A stretch of 64,000 nt of DNA. It comes from Mobula hypostoma (Eukaryota). Positions 24,301-36,591 of this stretch are shown here, piece by piece. The notes under the pieces were generated by a model. That model had not been told where the DNA came from. It searched no databases and was given only the letters and a program-made list of their open reading frames with translations. How positions within the stretch are numbered: the stretch's first letter is position 1; each line of letters starts with the position of its first letter. The DNA is taken from positions 10,666,001 to 10,730,000 of the forward strand of contig NC_086101.1 in assembly GCF_963921235.1 (NCBI RefSeq), written 5' to 3'. The position numbers and the translations under genes are program-made.

Positions 24301-27300
24301 TCCTTCTACCCTCCTCTCTCTCTCTCTCTCCACCACCTCCCTCTCTCTACACCCCTTTCTACTGCCTTTTCTACCCCTCTACACCCCTCCTTCAACCCCC
24401 TCTATACCCCCACTCTCTATCCCCCACTCTAAGCCTCTCTCTCAAAACCCTGTCTCTACACCCTCGCTCTCTAACCCCTACGCTCTCTCTACATCACTAC
24501 CCTCTCTATACCCCCCTCCTTCCCTCACACCCCTCTTCCCACTCCTTCCTTTCCTCCTCTCTTATCCCCCCATCTCCTCTCCCTTCTCTCTCCCCTTTTC
24601 TCTCTCCTTCTCCCCCTCTCTCCCAAACCTCTAGCCATTCTCTCCCCCCTCTCCATCCCCCTCTGCTTTTCCCCATTCTTTACAGCCTCTCCCCATCTCT
24701 ACCCACTCCCTCTCTCCCTTCTCTCTCTCCACTATCCCGGCTCTTCCCCGACCCTCCCACCTCTCTCTCTGTCCCTCACCCACCCCCTCTCTGTCCTCCC
24801 CTCTTTCTCCCCAATCTCTCCTCCACGTTTCTCTCCCCATGCCCTCTGTCTCTACCCCCACTAACTCTCCCTCTCCCCTCCCATCTTTCTGTCTCTCCCT
24901 TTCCCCCCTCGACATTCCCCTCTCTGCCCCCACTTGAGCTCTCCCCTTCCCTTCCACTCCTACTTCCCCTCCACTCCCCCTCCCTATTCTCTGCCATCTC
25001 TCCACAACCCCTCACTCCGCAGTCTCCCTCCCTGTCTGGCACCCCTCCCTCGAGCCTTCTCTCCCCCTACCTCTCTGTATCCCCCATTTCTCACAACCAT
25101 CTCCCTCTCCTCCTTCCTCTACTCTCTCTCTCTCTCTCCCACATTTTACTGCCTCTCCACTTTCCCTCTCCCCCCACCTCTCTCCCCTGACCTGTCTCTA
25201 CACCTCTCCCCAACATCTTCCCCCACACCTCTCCCCCACACACTTCTCCCCCAACTCTTTCACCACCAGCACTCTACCCCCATGTCTCCCCCACACCTTT
25301 CTGTACCTTCTTCTGTCTCCTGCCCTTCACACTCTCCTTCCTGCATCCTCACCACTCGCTCTCTGCCCCCTCTATGTCCCCACTCTCTCTCCTATTCACC
25401 CTCTTTCTCCCACGACCGCTCTCTCGCCCTTCCACATCTCTCCATCTCCCTCTCTGAAACTTCCCCCTTCTCTCTCCCCCACTATCCCCCCTCGCCGTCT
25501 CTCCCTCCTACACTCTTTCTCTCTTCCCTCTCTTTCCACCTAACCCTCACCCCTCTCCCCATCTCTCTCACCTCTACGCCCTCTCTGTCCCCCCACTGTC
25601 TCCCCCTCTTTCCCTCCCTCCCACCTCTTCCCCCTCCTCCCCTCCCCCTCTCACCCCTTCCAACTCTCTCTGCACCCTCCTCTAGCTCACTCTCCCACTT
25701 TTTACTTTCCCCACCCTCTCTCTGACCCCAGTCTCCCCGTCTATCCCCACTTACCTGTCTCACGTTCTTCCCCCTCCACCCTCCTCTCTCCCCTCTCCCC
25801 ATTCTCTCCCTCACTATCTCTCACGCACACTCTCTCACTCAAACTCTCTTTCACTCATTCTCTCACTCTCATTCGCTCCCTCACTCTCTCTACGCACCCC
25901 TCTCTCCACTCTACCTCTCTCCCCTCTTTCCTCTCGCTCTCCCCCACCCCCCCTTCTCCACTCTAAACCCTCTCTTCCACCCTCTCTCCCACTCCTCTCT
26001 CTCCCCCTACCTCTCCCCTGTCCATCCCCCTCCCCCCGCCTCACTTTCCCCTTCTCTCTCCCCCCCCCCACCACTCTTCCACCCACCTCTCAGACATCAG
26101 TCATTTCCTGTTGATGAAAGCAAGGGATAGGAGTTAGTTCAGGAGTTTGGTGTGCTTGGGTCGGTGCACATTCCACCAACATTCTGTTTGATACCAGCAG
26201 GATCCACTCTCCATGCGGCAGCAATAGCTCGAGCCAATTCTACAGCTCATTCTCTTTGAGAATTTCTCCTATTGCTGGTGGGATTGGTAAACTTTCCCTG
26301 CACTGGGAGGGAATTACTGCATCACCGTCCACTCCCAGACAAGATGATAGTGGACTTGGTTAAGCCCAGGGGTCCTGGCTCATCAGACAGCAAAGCCTCC
26401 TTTGCCAGTGATCTACAGCAGGATCTCCAACGTTCACCATCCATATTTTCAGGTAGTTGTATAAATAAGTGAACAAATCCTGTCAGCAAGTTTCCATCAG
26501 CAGGTCCAAACTTTAACATGGATTTAGCTGAATTCTGCAGTGACAATCATTTACCATCAGTGGATCTCAGGGCTGAAATCTTTTTATGATCCACATTCTC
26601 AGCTTCAGCCGTCCGGCAGATGAGCTTTACCTGTGAGATGGACTGACGTGTAAATTTGGTCTGGAATTTCTGTTCAACTGCATGGATGGAAATTGAATTG
26701 AATTTAAATTGTTTTATTACTGTAACAAGCACCAGAAATGTGTCTTGCCTGCTGTTCGTACAGATTAATTCATGACACAGTGCATTAGAACAAGGTAAAA
26801 CAATAACATGCAGAGAAAAGTGTATCAGCTCCAGAGCCAGTGCAGTGTAGGTAAATGATAAGGAGCAAGACCATATTGAGATGGATTGAGAGATCAAGAG
26901 TGCATCTTGTTGTACTAGGAAATCGTTCAATGGTCTTATAAGAGCAGGGTAGAAGCTATCCTTTAGACAGTTTTCAAGCTTTTGGATCTTCCACCCCATA
27001 ATAATAATAATGTTGGTCGCATCCGGAATTTCTCCGGGTAGCGGACGACTTCCTCTCACACCGTTCTGACGTAGTTGGAATTCGCATACTAGGCAAGTTA
27101 CAGCAGTGGTTTGCCATTGCCTTCTGCCGGGTGAGTTTTTTTTCCAAAGAGATCACCAGCTCTTAACCCCGCACGGATGGAAAGCGTGCTGGGGGGAGCC
27201 AACTGGGTTTGAACTTCAGAACCTCCGCCCCGCAGTCCAGCACCAATGTCACTACGCCATGGGAAATGGTGATGGTGGAGACTGACACTTTGGGGATCTC

Positions 27301-30300
27301 CGTTTGGGAAAGTTACTGACATGGTCCTTGATGATAAACATTTAACTTCTGACCTACAAGTGGTGATGCAGAATTAGGAGCTGCTATTATGTATTTGTAG
27401 AAGAATGTTATGCATACCATCTACCGACAGGATAACCAATGAAGAAATTCTACAGAGAACAAAAACAAAACTTACATTACTTAAAAAAAAAAATCAGAAA
27501 ACAGCAATCAAAATTCTTTGGACGCATCATGTGAAGAGAGTCATTGGAGCATTTAGTTACAACTGGAAAGCTGGAAGGAAAAAGAAGCAGAGGCAGACAG
27601 AATGAAAATGATAGATGGAATAACCTCATGGTTAGAAACAGGGGAGGCAACAACTACAATTCGGGGGGTCAGGGACCGTGATGGATGGAGAGACATGATC
27701 ACCCGCGCCGAGCGGCAAGGCACCTGAATGAATGAATGAATTATGTATTTAAAGCTGTTTCTTGTGAAATTAATTACACACAAAATCCATGAGAGATTTC
27801 TTCAGTCATGTCTGCGCTTTCTGTTTTCAGAGTGGAAGAGGATACGTGGCCACGAAGGTATGTGTTACTAGACTGAGAGGTTCAATATAAACAGCTTTTT
27901 GAAAATGAATCAGTCCCGGTGTAATGGGAGGTATTCAGGAGGTTGATGGATTTCAGGGTGATGTGTTCTCACAAAGGTGGAAAAAGTCATGTGGCATGAT
28001 TGCATTCATAGGTCAAAGCATAGAATATGAAAGTTTGTATGTTTTGTTTGCAAGTGGGAAGGTTTGCTGGTACTGCTCTGAGTTGGTTGGGGTGGGGTGG
28101 AGTGGTGTAAACTAGTCTTGCAGGGCGATGGGAACCAAAGTGCCAGAGCAGATATGGAGTGGTTGTGGGAAAAGATGCTGTTAACACTACATACAAAGAC
28201 AGCAGTTGAAAGGTTGAGTATGGTGGGAAGAATGTTCTGAGTTGCATCCATTTCAATGCAAGAAGTATTGTGCGTAAGGCAGGTGAGCTTGAAGCGTGAA
28301 TCAGCACGTGGAATTATGACATTGTAGCCATTGGCTGGAGGAGGGGCAGGACCGGCAGCTCAGTGTTCCCGGTTCCATTGTTTTAGACATGTTTTTAAAC
28401 ATGGGAGTGAAACTGGCAAATATGACACAACACATGAAATTAAAGGGGGAAAGCTGGTATTACCAGCCAGGGGAAAATGTTACTGCAGTGCTGAGACAAG
28501 ACAGACTGGAGGGCTCGTCTACTGAGGCTATATGGGTGGAACTGAGGAATCAGAAAGTTATGACAACATTATTGGGATTATATTGTAGACCAGCCTAAAG
28601 TCTGCAAGGTTTAGAGGAGCAAATTCATAAAGAGATCGCAGACAGTTGGGAGGGATAGAGATCAACAAATGTGCCAGGAAAGTTTCCTCAACAAGTAGAT
28701 GTCCCAAGTAGAGAGAATGGAAGACTGGATATCCTATCAGGGAATTAGGTGACAGGAATATGTGACAGGATTTGGATGAACTGTCAACAATTCCATAAGT
28801 TTCAAGGTAACTATGGAGAAGGATAAGTCTAATGCTCAAACTGAGATTCTATTTTGGTAAAAGTCCAATTGGATGATATCAGAAAGGATCGGATAAGTGG
28901 GAAGCCTTCAAAATTTTGGGAGTACAGAATTTGTATGTTCCTGTAAGAATAAAAGACAAGGCTAAAAGGTTTTTGGAAACATTTTGTGGTGGTGGGGGTG
29001 GGGGGGAGGAATGAGGCTCTGGTTAACAAGAAGGAGCAGGTGCATCGTAAGTGTAGGCAGAGAAGAACAAGTGAGATACTTCAGTAGAAAAAATGCAAGC
29101 AAACACTTGAGAGGAAATCAGGAGGGCTAACATAGGCCATGAAGTTGCTCCAGCAGATAAGGTAAAAAAAAAGAATCCAAAAGACTTCTACAGACATGTT
29201 AAGAACAAAAGAATAGGACGGGACATAACTGACCCTCTTGAAGATCAGTGTGATATCTGTGCATGGAGCCTTAAGAGATGGAGGAAATCTTAAATGGATT
29301 TTTTACATCTGTATATATTCAGGAGATGGACAGAGTCTTGAGAAGCGAGGCAAAAGAGCAGGGAGATCATGGACCGTATGGAGCTGACAGAGGAGGAAAT
29401 GGTTGCTGAATTAGGGTAAATATACAGCCTGGGCTTGACAAAGTCCCCCTTCAGACCATATGGGATGTTAGTGCAGAAATTGCAGGGATCCGAACTGAGG
29501 TATTTAAAGCATCCTCAGCCACAAAGGAGGTTCAGAGGATTGGAGGAGAGTTAATGTTGTTCCATCATCTAAGAAAGGCTCTAAGAATATGCCAGGAAAT
29601 TATATAGACAGCTGAGTCTGCCATGGGTAGTGGGTATGTTATTCTAAGGGACAGGATATTTCAGTATTTGGACAGACAAGAACTGATTAAGGATAGTCTG
29701 CGTGACTTTGTCTGTGATAGCTCATGTCTAATCAATCTTACAGAGTCTTTCCAGGAAGTTACCGGTAGGGTTGTTCAAGGCAAGACAGTGGATGTTGTCT
29801 ACATGGGTGTTGCCTGCAAGGCCTTTGACAAGATGTCACTTGGGAGATTGTTCGGGATGGTTCAGCCACTTGCCATTTAGGATGAGTTATCAAATTGGAT
29901 TTGATATTTGCTTCACGGGAGAAGCCAGTGAGAGGTAGTAAATGATTGCCTCTCTGACTGGTGCCCTGTGACTAGTCGAGTACCGCCGGGATCAGTGGAA
30001 GGTCCATATTGTTTGTCTGGATGATAATGTGGTAAACTGTAACAGCAAATTTCAGATGACACCAAGATTGTGGGTCTGATGGACAGGAAAGAAGTCTATC
30101 AAAGCTTTCAGCAGGATGGACCAACCAGAAAAAGGGGCTGAAAAAAGACAGATAAAATTTCATGCAGACAAGTGCAAGATGTTGCACTTTGGAAGGACAA
30201 ACCAGAGTAGGACTTGCAGAGTGAGGGATCGGACACCAAGGACCAGAAGGATCGAGGAATACAGATCCTTAATTCCTTGAAAGTTGTGTCACAGGCTGTA

Positions 30301-33300
30301 AAGAGAGTTTTGGCACATTGGCTTTCATAAATCATAAACTGAGCACAGGAGTTGCAACGTAATGTCGAAAATATTGGTGAGGCCAAGTCTGGAGTATTAT
30401 CTGCAGTTCTGGTCACCCACCTACAGGAAAGATCAATATGATTGAAAACGAGTACAGAGAAAACTTGCACGGCTGTTGACTGGACTTGAGGACCTACCTG
30501 AGTTATCGGGCAGGGTTAAATAACTTAGGACTTCCATTCTCTCTACTGAGTGTAGGAGAATGAGGAGATATTTGACAGAAGTGTACACAGTTGAGGGGTA
30601 CAGATAGGGTAAATGCACACAGACATTTTTCACTGAGGTTCAGTGAGACTAGAACCAGAGAGCATAGTGCAAGAGCTATTCTCCATAATTATCTTGAAAC
30701 TAAAGGAATTATGATCACTCGACCAAAAGTATTCCCCTACACACACTTCTGTCGCCTGCCTTGTCTCTTTCGCTATCACAAAATCACTAGATGCAACCTC
30801 TATATATTGATTAAGGAACGTTTCCTGAACACAGTTGACACACTCAGTCACATCCAGTCCTTTTACAGTTGGGAAATCCCAGTCAATATCAGGAAATACA
30901 AAATCACTTACAATCAATTGTACTGAACAATGAACCAGGGGAGGTGACAGATCACTCAGTGGGTGAGCTTTTTGGAGACAGTGACCACAACTCCCTCACT
31001 TTTCCCATAGCCTCGGACAGGGATTTGAGCAGCCAGTGTAACTGGAGGATGGTGAGTTACGATGTTATTAGGTGGGAACTTGGGATTGTCAACTGGGAAT
31101 GGTGGTAAATAGGGAAATGGACAATGTAGATATGGTGTTTGTTTAGGGAGAACGTGCATGGGTTCATGGACAGGTTTGCCCCATTGAGACAGTGAAATGG
31201 TGGGAGGGTGAAGAAACCATGGTTAACAAGACATGTAGAACATCAGGTCAAGAGGAAGCAGGAAGTTTACTTCCAGTTTTGGGAAGCCAAGATCAGACGG
31301 GGCTCTAGAGAGTTAAAAGTTAGCTAGGAAGGAGCTTAAAACTGGACTGGGGAGAGTTAGAAGGCATAAGAAGGCCTTGGTGAGCAGGGTTAAGGAAGCC
31401 ACCAAGGCATTGTACACATACGTGAAGAACAGGAGGATAACTAGAGTGAGGTTCGGACCGATCAAGGATAGAAGTCTATACCTGGCGTCAGAGGACATTG
31501 GAAAGGGCCTGTCAGAGGTTACAGCAGGACATTGATAGGATGCAAAACCGGGCTGGGAAGTGGAAGATGGAGGTCAACCCAGAAACTGTGAAGTGGTTCA
31601 TTTTGCTAGGTCAAATATAATGGTAGAATGTAGTATTAATGATAAGACTCTTGGCAGTGTGGAGGATCAGAGGGATCTTGGGATCTGAGTCCATAGGACG
31701 CTCAAAGCAGCTGCGCAGGTTGGCTCTGTGGTTAAGAAGGCATACAGTGTATTGGCCTTCATCAATTATGGAATTGAATTTAGGAGCCGGGTGGTAATGT
31801 TGCCCCTATATAGCACCCTGGTCAGACCCCACTTGCAGTACTCTGCTCAGTTCTGTTTGCCTCACTACAGGAAGGATGTGGAGGCCATAGAAAGAGTGCA
31901 GGTGTGATTTACAAGGATGTTTCCTGGATTGGGGAGCATGCCTTATTAGAATAGGTTGAGTGAACTTGGCCTTTTCTCCTTGGAGCGATGGAGGATGAGA
32001 GGTGACCTGATAGAGGTGTATAAGATGATGAGAGGCATTGATCGTGTGGATAGTCAGAGGCTTTTTCCCACAGCTGAAATAGTTAACACAAGAGGACACA
32101 GGTTTAAGGTGCTGGGGAGTAGGAACAGAGGAGAATTCAGGGGTAAGTTTTTTACTCAAAGTGTGGTGAGTGCGTGGACTGGGCTGCCGGCAACGGTGGT
32201 GGAGGCGGATACGATAGGGTCTTTTAAAATACTTTAAAAGTGATAGGTACATGGAGCTTAGAAAAATAGAGGGCTATGCGTTAGCCTAGTAATTTATAAG
32301 GTATGGACATGTTGGGCACAAACTTTGTGGCCCGAAAGGCCTGTATTGTGCTGTAGGTTTTCTAGGTTTCTATGTTTTAATGAAGACTTTGCTTCAGTAT
32401 TAACTACTGAGAGAGAGGCAATGATTTTTCAGAGGACAGCACAAAACAGGCTGATACGCTGGAACGTTGACATTCAGAAAGAGGATGTGCTAGTTGGTTA
32501 TTAATTATTAGGATAGATAAGACCACAGTCTATACCACAGGTTACTATGGGAAGTGAGGGAAGAGATTTCTCTGCCATTGGCGGTCATTTCTGTCTCCTC
32601 ATTTGTCACAGTAGAGGTGCCATATGCCTGGCGGGTGGCATATTAAATTAATTTGACAAGGGAGCGGGAATCGGAGTGATCATGCATAGGATGAGGTAGT
32701 TGGTTTACAAACAGAGGCAGAATGCAGTGAGACTCCTGGAAAGGAGAGGCTGATGATAGGGGAAAATTGTAGTCAACAGGGTGAGTTGTATATTAAAAGG
32801 TGGACAAAATCTAAAAGGTTGAATACAGGACTGAAGGTGTTATAGTTGAATGTGCGCAGTTTATGGAATAAGGTCAATGAACTTGCAGTACAGTTGCAGA
32901 TTGGCAAGTATCATGTTGTAGGCATCACTGAATCATGGCTGAAAGAAGAATATAGCTGGGACCTTAACATTCAAGGATGTACATTGTATCGAAAGGACAG
33001 GCAGGAAGACAGAAGGATCGAAAATATGAAATCAGATCGTTAGAAGGAGGGGACATCAGATTGGAAGGTGTTGAATAATTGTGGACAGAGCTTTGGAACA
33101 ACAAGGGTAAAAAGACCCTGATGGGAGTTGCATACAAACCCTAGACAGTAGTTTGTGTTCTGCAAGCTACGACAGGAGATAGAAGGTGCATGCCGAAAAG
33201 GCAATGAAACAAGAGGGGGTTTCAATATGCAGGTAGATTGGGAAAATCCCATTGGTGTGAGATTCCAAGAGAGTGTATTTCTACAATGCCTAAGAGATGA

Positions 33301-36300
33301 CTTTTTAGAGTAGCTTGTGGCGGAGATCAGCTATTCTTGACTGGGTGAAATGAAGTGGAATTGATTAGAAAGCTAAAGGTAAAAGAACCCTTTGTGGGAA
33401 ATGATAATAATAAGATTGAATTCACACTGAAATTTGAGAAGGAAAAGCAAAAATCAGATGTATCAGTATTGCAGTGCAATAAAGGGAATTACAGGGGCAT
33501 GAGAGAGGAGTTGGCTAGAATTCATTGGAAAAGAATACTGGCAGGGATGACAGCGGAGCAGCAATGGCTGGGATATGATACAAAGGATGTTTGTCTTTGG
33601 AATTTTCTGAACTGGAGGGTTGTGGGGTCTCAGTCACTCAGTTCATTTAAAGTTACAGAGTCTTTGTCGTACAGCACAGAAACAGGCCCTTCGACCCATC
33701 ACCTCTGTGCTGACCTATTTACATCTACACTCATCCCATTGGCTGGCATTAGGTCAGTATCCTTCCGTGCCTTGTCTATTGAAGTGTCTTCTAAGTGTCT
33801 CTTAAACACAGTGAATGTATCTGATTCCATCACCTCCTCTGGCAGCAAGTTCCAACATCAACCACTCACTGTTCAAATAAACTCACCTTAAACTCCTTCC
33901 TCTCAACTCAGACATGTGACTTCTTGTATTTGATCCCTTTCCTGTGGGGAGATGATTTCAACTATCTGTTCATTCTATGTTCCTCATAACCTTATCTCAG
34001 ATCAGCCCAGGTCCATTTACCTCTATTTGGCCTGTATCCTTCTAAATCTTCCCCAACATCATTTCTCTGTCCCAGGCCTCAATTCCTCTTCTGTTCCAGT
34101 TCCACAGGGCCCTCATTTCTCCCGTGCTACAGAAGATGATGAACCACATTTTCTACCTCATTACAGAAGCAAGTGTGCTGCAGATCATAAAATGTGGAAT
34201 GGGAGATAAGTCCCCAGGTCCTGATCCCAGGACTTTGTGCAAAGCTCAGTCAGAAATTGTGGGGTCCCATTTGGAGATACGTGTATCGTTGAGAGCTACA
34301 GGAAAAAAGGTCAGAAGTCGGAGGGTGACTGCTGAAGATGGGCTCTAGGGAAAATCCTGGGAAGTACAAACTGGTGAACCCAGTTTTGTTGGTGGGTACA
34401 TTAACATAGGAGATTCTGAGAGACAGGATCTACATTCATTTGGAAAGGCGAGGACTAATCAGGGATAACAAGCTTGGCTTTTTGCGCGGACGGAGATGAT
34501 GGAAGTGCAGTAGACATTGTCTACATGGACTTTAACGAGGTACAGGTATTTGATAAGGTACTTCATGGTAGACTATTCCAGAGATCTGGCCCATTGGATA
34601 CAGAGTTGGCTGGGTGGAATCCTGTGGTGACCAGCGGTTGTTCTGCAGGGATCGGTGCTGGGTCCACTGTTTCTCATCATTTATATGAATGATTTGGAGA
34701 GAATGTAGGTGACCTGTTTAGTAGGTTTGTGGAGGACTCTAAAATCAGTGGTGTAGTGGACAGTAAAGCGAGTTATTTAATTACTAATTTTCAGATATAG
34801 TGTGAAACGGGTCCTTTCAGTTCAGTGAGTCGCACCACCCAGCAACCGAGCTATTTAACACCAGCCTAATCACAGAACAATTTACAATGACCAGTTAACC
34901 CGCTAACCAGCACCCGGACAAAACCCCTGCAGTCGTGGGGAGGACAGAGACCCTCCTTACTGATGGCACCACGATGCTGGATGGCCCCAAGGCGTAATAG
35001 CATTGCGCTATCCGCCACGTTACCATGACAACCCTGAACGTCACCATCATGCCCGTGGTTTATCCAATATTACAACAAGATCTTTATCAACTGGGCCAGT
35101 GAATAGCACATGGATTTTCATTCAGAGGGAAGTGAGTTTTGGGAAGGCAAACCAGGACAGGATTTACAAAGGAATCGGTGGGTCCCTGGAGAGTGTTGTA
35201 GAACAGGGAGATCAGGAGGTGATTGTCTTCATCAGTCAGAATACTGAGAGCTGGAGCTGGGATGTCACGTGATGTGTGTACAAGACATTGGGAAGGCCAC
35301 ATTTGCAGCAATGTGTAAAGTTCTGGTTATTTCCAAAGGGAATGCTGTCATTGAACTGAGAGGGAATAAAATAGATTTTCAAGGACGTTACCAGGACTGG
35401 AGGGTTTGGTTTACAAGGAGAGGCTGGGACTTTCCCTGGAGCTGAGGAGGCTGCCGGAGGAGGTTTAAAGGAATAATGGATACACACAGGCAAGTGGGAC
35501 AAGCTCATTGAAGCAAGTTGGTCAGGATGAATGAATTCGGCTGAACAGCCTCCCTGACCTCCTTAAATTACTCCAGTTTTCACTCACCCCGTCCTCATCT
35601 GACTCCAGTTGTAGCTGCACCGCCTCTTCACATCCGTTCCTACTGGCTATTTCCTCTTTCTTTCCATTCTTGATAGTGGTTATTGGACTCAAACATCGAC
35701 TGTCTGCATCTCCTCCACACATGCAACACGCTGCTTAACCCGCTGAGATCCTCCAGAACTTTGGTCTGTTGATCAGGAAACTCCGCTCACTATCCCGGTA
35801 AAACATCTCGGGAAGATGCTGGTCGTCCATCCGCTGTGGATTGGTAATATCCCGGGAATGTTTTTTTTCTCGGCCACCTGATTGTGCCTGAGGCCCAGCG
35901 GCCTCTCCCCAGGTCCGGTCCCGGGGCCGCGCTGCCCGAGTCTCCCCCCGATCCCCGGGGACTCTCTAATTCTCTGCTTCTCCCCACAGTCTCTGTCACC
36001 CTGGATGTGGAAACGGCGCATCCGTGGCTCGAGGTGTCTGAGGATCGGAAGAGTGTGAGACGGACCGGGACCCGGAGGGATCTCCCCGACACCGGGAAGA
36101 GGTTCACATACTTCGCTTGTGTGCTGGGATCGGAGGGGTTCACATCGGGGAGACATTACTGGGAGGTGGAGGTGACGGGGAATCGGTGGTGGAGGCTGGG
36201 AATCGCCGCAGAGTCTGTGGAGAGGAAGAGAGGGGTCACACGGAGTCCGGAGACCGGATTCTGGATCATCAGACGGCATGATGACGGGATGTGGGTTTAC

Positions 36301-36522
36301 ACCTCCCCTGAGTCCCGTCTCCCTGCCGGTCCCATCCCCGGGAGGGTGGGAGTTTATCTCAGTTACGATTCCGGGACAGTTTCATTTTACAACGCAGAGA
36401 CCAAGTCCCATCTCCACACCTTCACTGGGAATAAATTCACGGAGAAACTTTATCCTTACTTCGGGATTGGATATGAAAACGAGTGGCTGAGAATCTGCTC
36501 TGGATCCGCTCCGGGTCTGTAA
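18189..36522 (+). CDS. Butyrophilin-like (BTN/BTNL) gene, 3' portion: join(18189-18308, 20800-20826 and/or 27831-27857, 35990-36522); Ig-domain exons lie upstream of the window
   Basis: Four AG/GT-bounded exons, all phase 1, splice into one open frame: xDLFPAVPEWVPPLVITICVVIAAHCTVIYWNVKQNRRIK-EWKRIQGHE-(EWKRIRGHE)-VSVTLDVETAHPWLEVSEDRKSV...CSGSAPGL*. A TM exon, a 27-nt EWK exon and then B30.2 is the butyrophilin exon architecture. Confidence 0.75.
18935..19180 (+). repeat. Short CT-rich low-complexity tract
   Basis: Almost pure C/T with ctcta/cccc motifs. Confidence 0.9.
19278..20149 (-). mobile_element. Solo LTR, family A, inverted copy
   Basis: Reverse-complement homologue of 1956-2819; TG...CA ends; TSD CAGG/CACG; empty site TCTCAGGGCTGAA in the paralog near 26565-26578. 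Confidence 0.9.
20800..20826 (+). CDS. 27-nt juxtamembrane microexon, copy 1 (EWKRIQGHE)
   Basis: ctttctgttttcag|AGTGGAAGAGGATACAAGGCCATGAAG|gtaaga; phase 1-1, resembles the EWK-type exon that precedes B30.2 in butyrophilins. Confidence 0.65.
21010..26090 (+). repeat. ~5-kb polypyrimidine (CT-rich) low-complexity tract
   Basis: The + strand has very little G; ctctctacccc-type motifs with diverged higher-order units. Confidence 0.95.
27000..27256 (-). mobile_element. tRNA-derived SINE with RTE-type body and (ATT)n tail
   Basis: Minus strand: (TGG)CGTAGTG A-box-like, GTTCAAACCC B box, GAAGGCAATGGCAAACCACT motif of RTE-related SINEs. Flanked by CCAT and absent from the paralog at ~20583. Confidence 0.8.
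27397..27739 (+). mobile_element. 5'-truncated RTE-clade LINE
   Basis: RRML.IP.TDRITNEEIL...GKLEGKRSRGR C-terminus, (TGAA)n tail, 11-bp TSD ATTATGTATTT (27386-27396, 27740-27750); empty site at ~20708-20718. Confidence 0.9.
27831..27857 (+). CDS. 27-nt juxtamembrane microexon, copy 2 (EWKRIRGHE)
   Basis: ctttctgttttcag|AGTGGAAGAGGATACGTGGCCACGAAG|gtatgt; the final G joins TC at 35990 to give the Val of VSVTLD. Confidence 0.7.
28090..30665 (+). mobile_element. Old degenerate CR1 ORF2
   Basis: Decayed HFNARS, AIWVELRN, KAFDK and DDTK motifs in order. Confidence 0.75.
30670..30912 (-). mobile_element. CR1 endonuclease fragment
   Basis: DFVFPDIDW and SSDHNS motifs in ORF 30630-30917. Confidence 0.7.
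30918..32377 (+). mobile_element. CR1 with large internal deletion and intact 3' tail
   Basis: GDSDHN, then LGLFSLERWRMRGDLIEVYK; tail TTTCTAGGTTTCTATGTTT. Confidence 0.85.
32380..35530 (+). mobile_element. Patchwork of old CR1 fragments and short SINE/LINE tails
   Basis: NVRSLWNK, GITESW (32846), DKSPGPD (34205), VYMDF/FDKV (34515); minus-strand SINE-like piece at ~34800-35020. Confidence 0.6.
35990..36522 (+). CDS. Terminal B30.2 (PRY/SPRY) domain exon
   Basis: Acceptor tctctgcttctccccacag|TC. Open frame with VTLD, HPWLEVSED, CVLGSEGFTSGRHYWEVEV, VGVYLSY, VSFYN and LYPYF motifs; TAA at 36520-36522. Confidence 0.95.
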
Positions 36523-36585
36523 ACGGGTCGGGTCCGGGACCGGCGTCAGGATAAGTCAGTGTAAATATAAATGTGCGGACAGTGA

Positions 36586-36591
36586 AATAAA
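36586..36591 (+). terminator. Candidate polyadenylation signal AATAAA of the B30.2 gene
   Basis: AATAAA about 65 nt after the stop codon. Confidence 0.5.

Larger units (their letters stand above)
26477..28026 (+). repeat. Local duplication, copy 2 (core plus SINE plus RTE fragment)
   Basis: Paralog of 19183-21001. Confidence 0.95.

Noticed and set aside
23964..25725. Long Pro/Leu/Ser-rich ORFs (408 aa, 263 aa) and antisense Gly/Arg/Glu ORFs
   Set aside because: Artefacts of the CT-rich tract, where stop codons are rare; no domain or exon signals.
27200..27260. tRNA gene
   Set aside because: A/B boxes only, attached to a SINE body and tail; no full cloverleaf.
35884..35989. N-terminal extension of the 212-aa B30.2 ORF as a single-exon gene
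   Set aside because: Starts at GTG and runs through a branch point, pyrimidine tract and AG acceptor; it is intron.
35990..36522. Assignment to a named TRIM or BTN ortholog
   Set aside because: No RING/B-box or Ig exons in the window; orthology cannot be set without a phylogeny.
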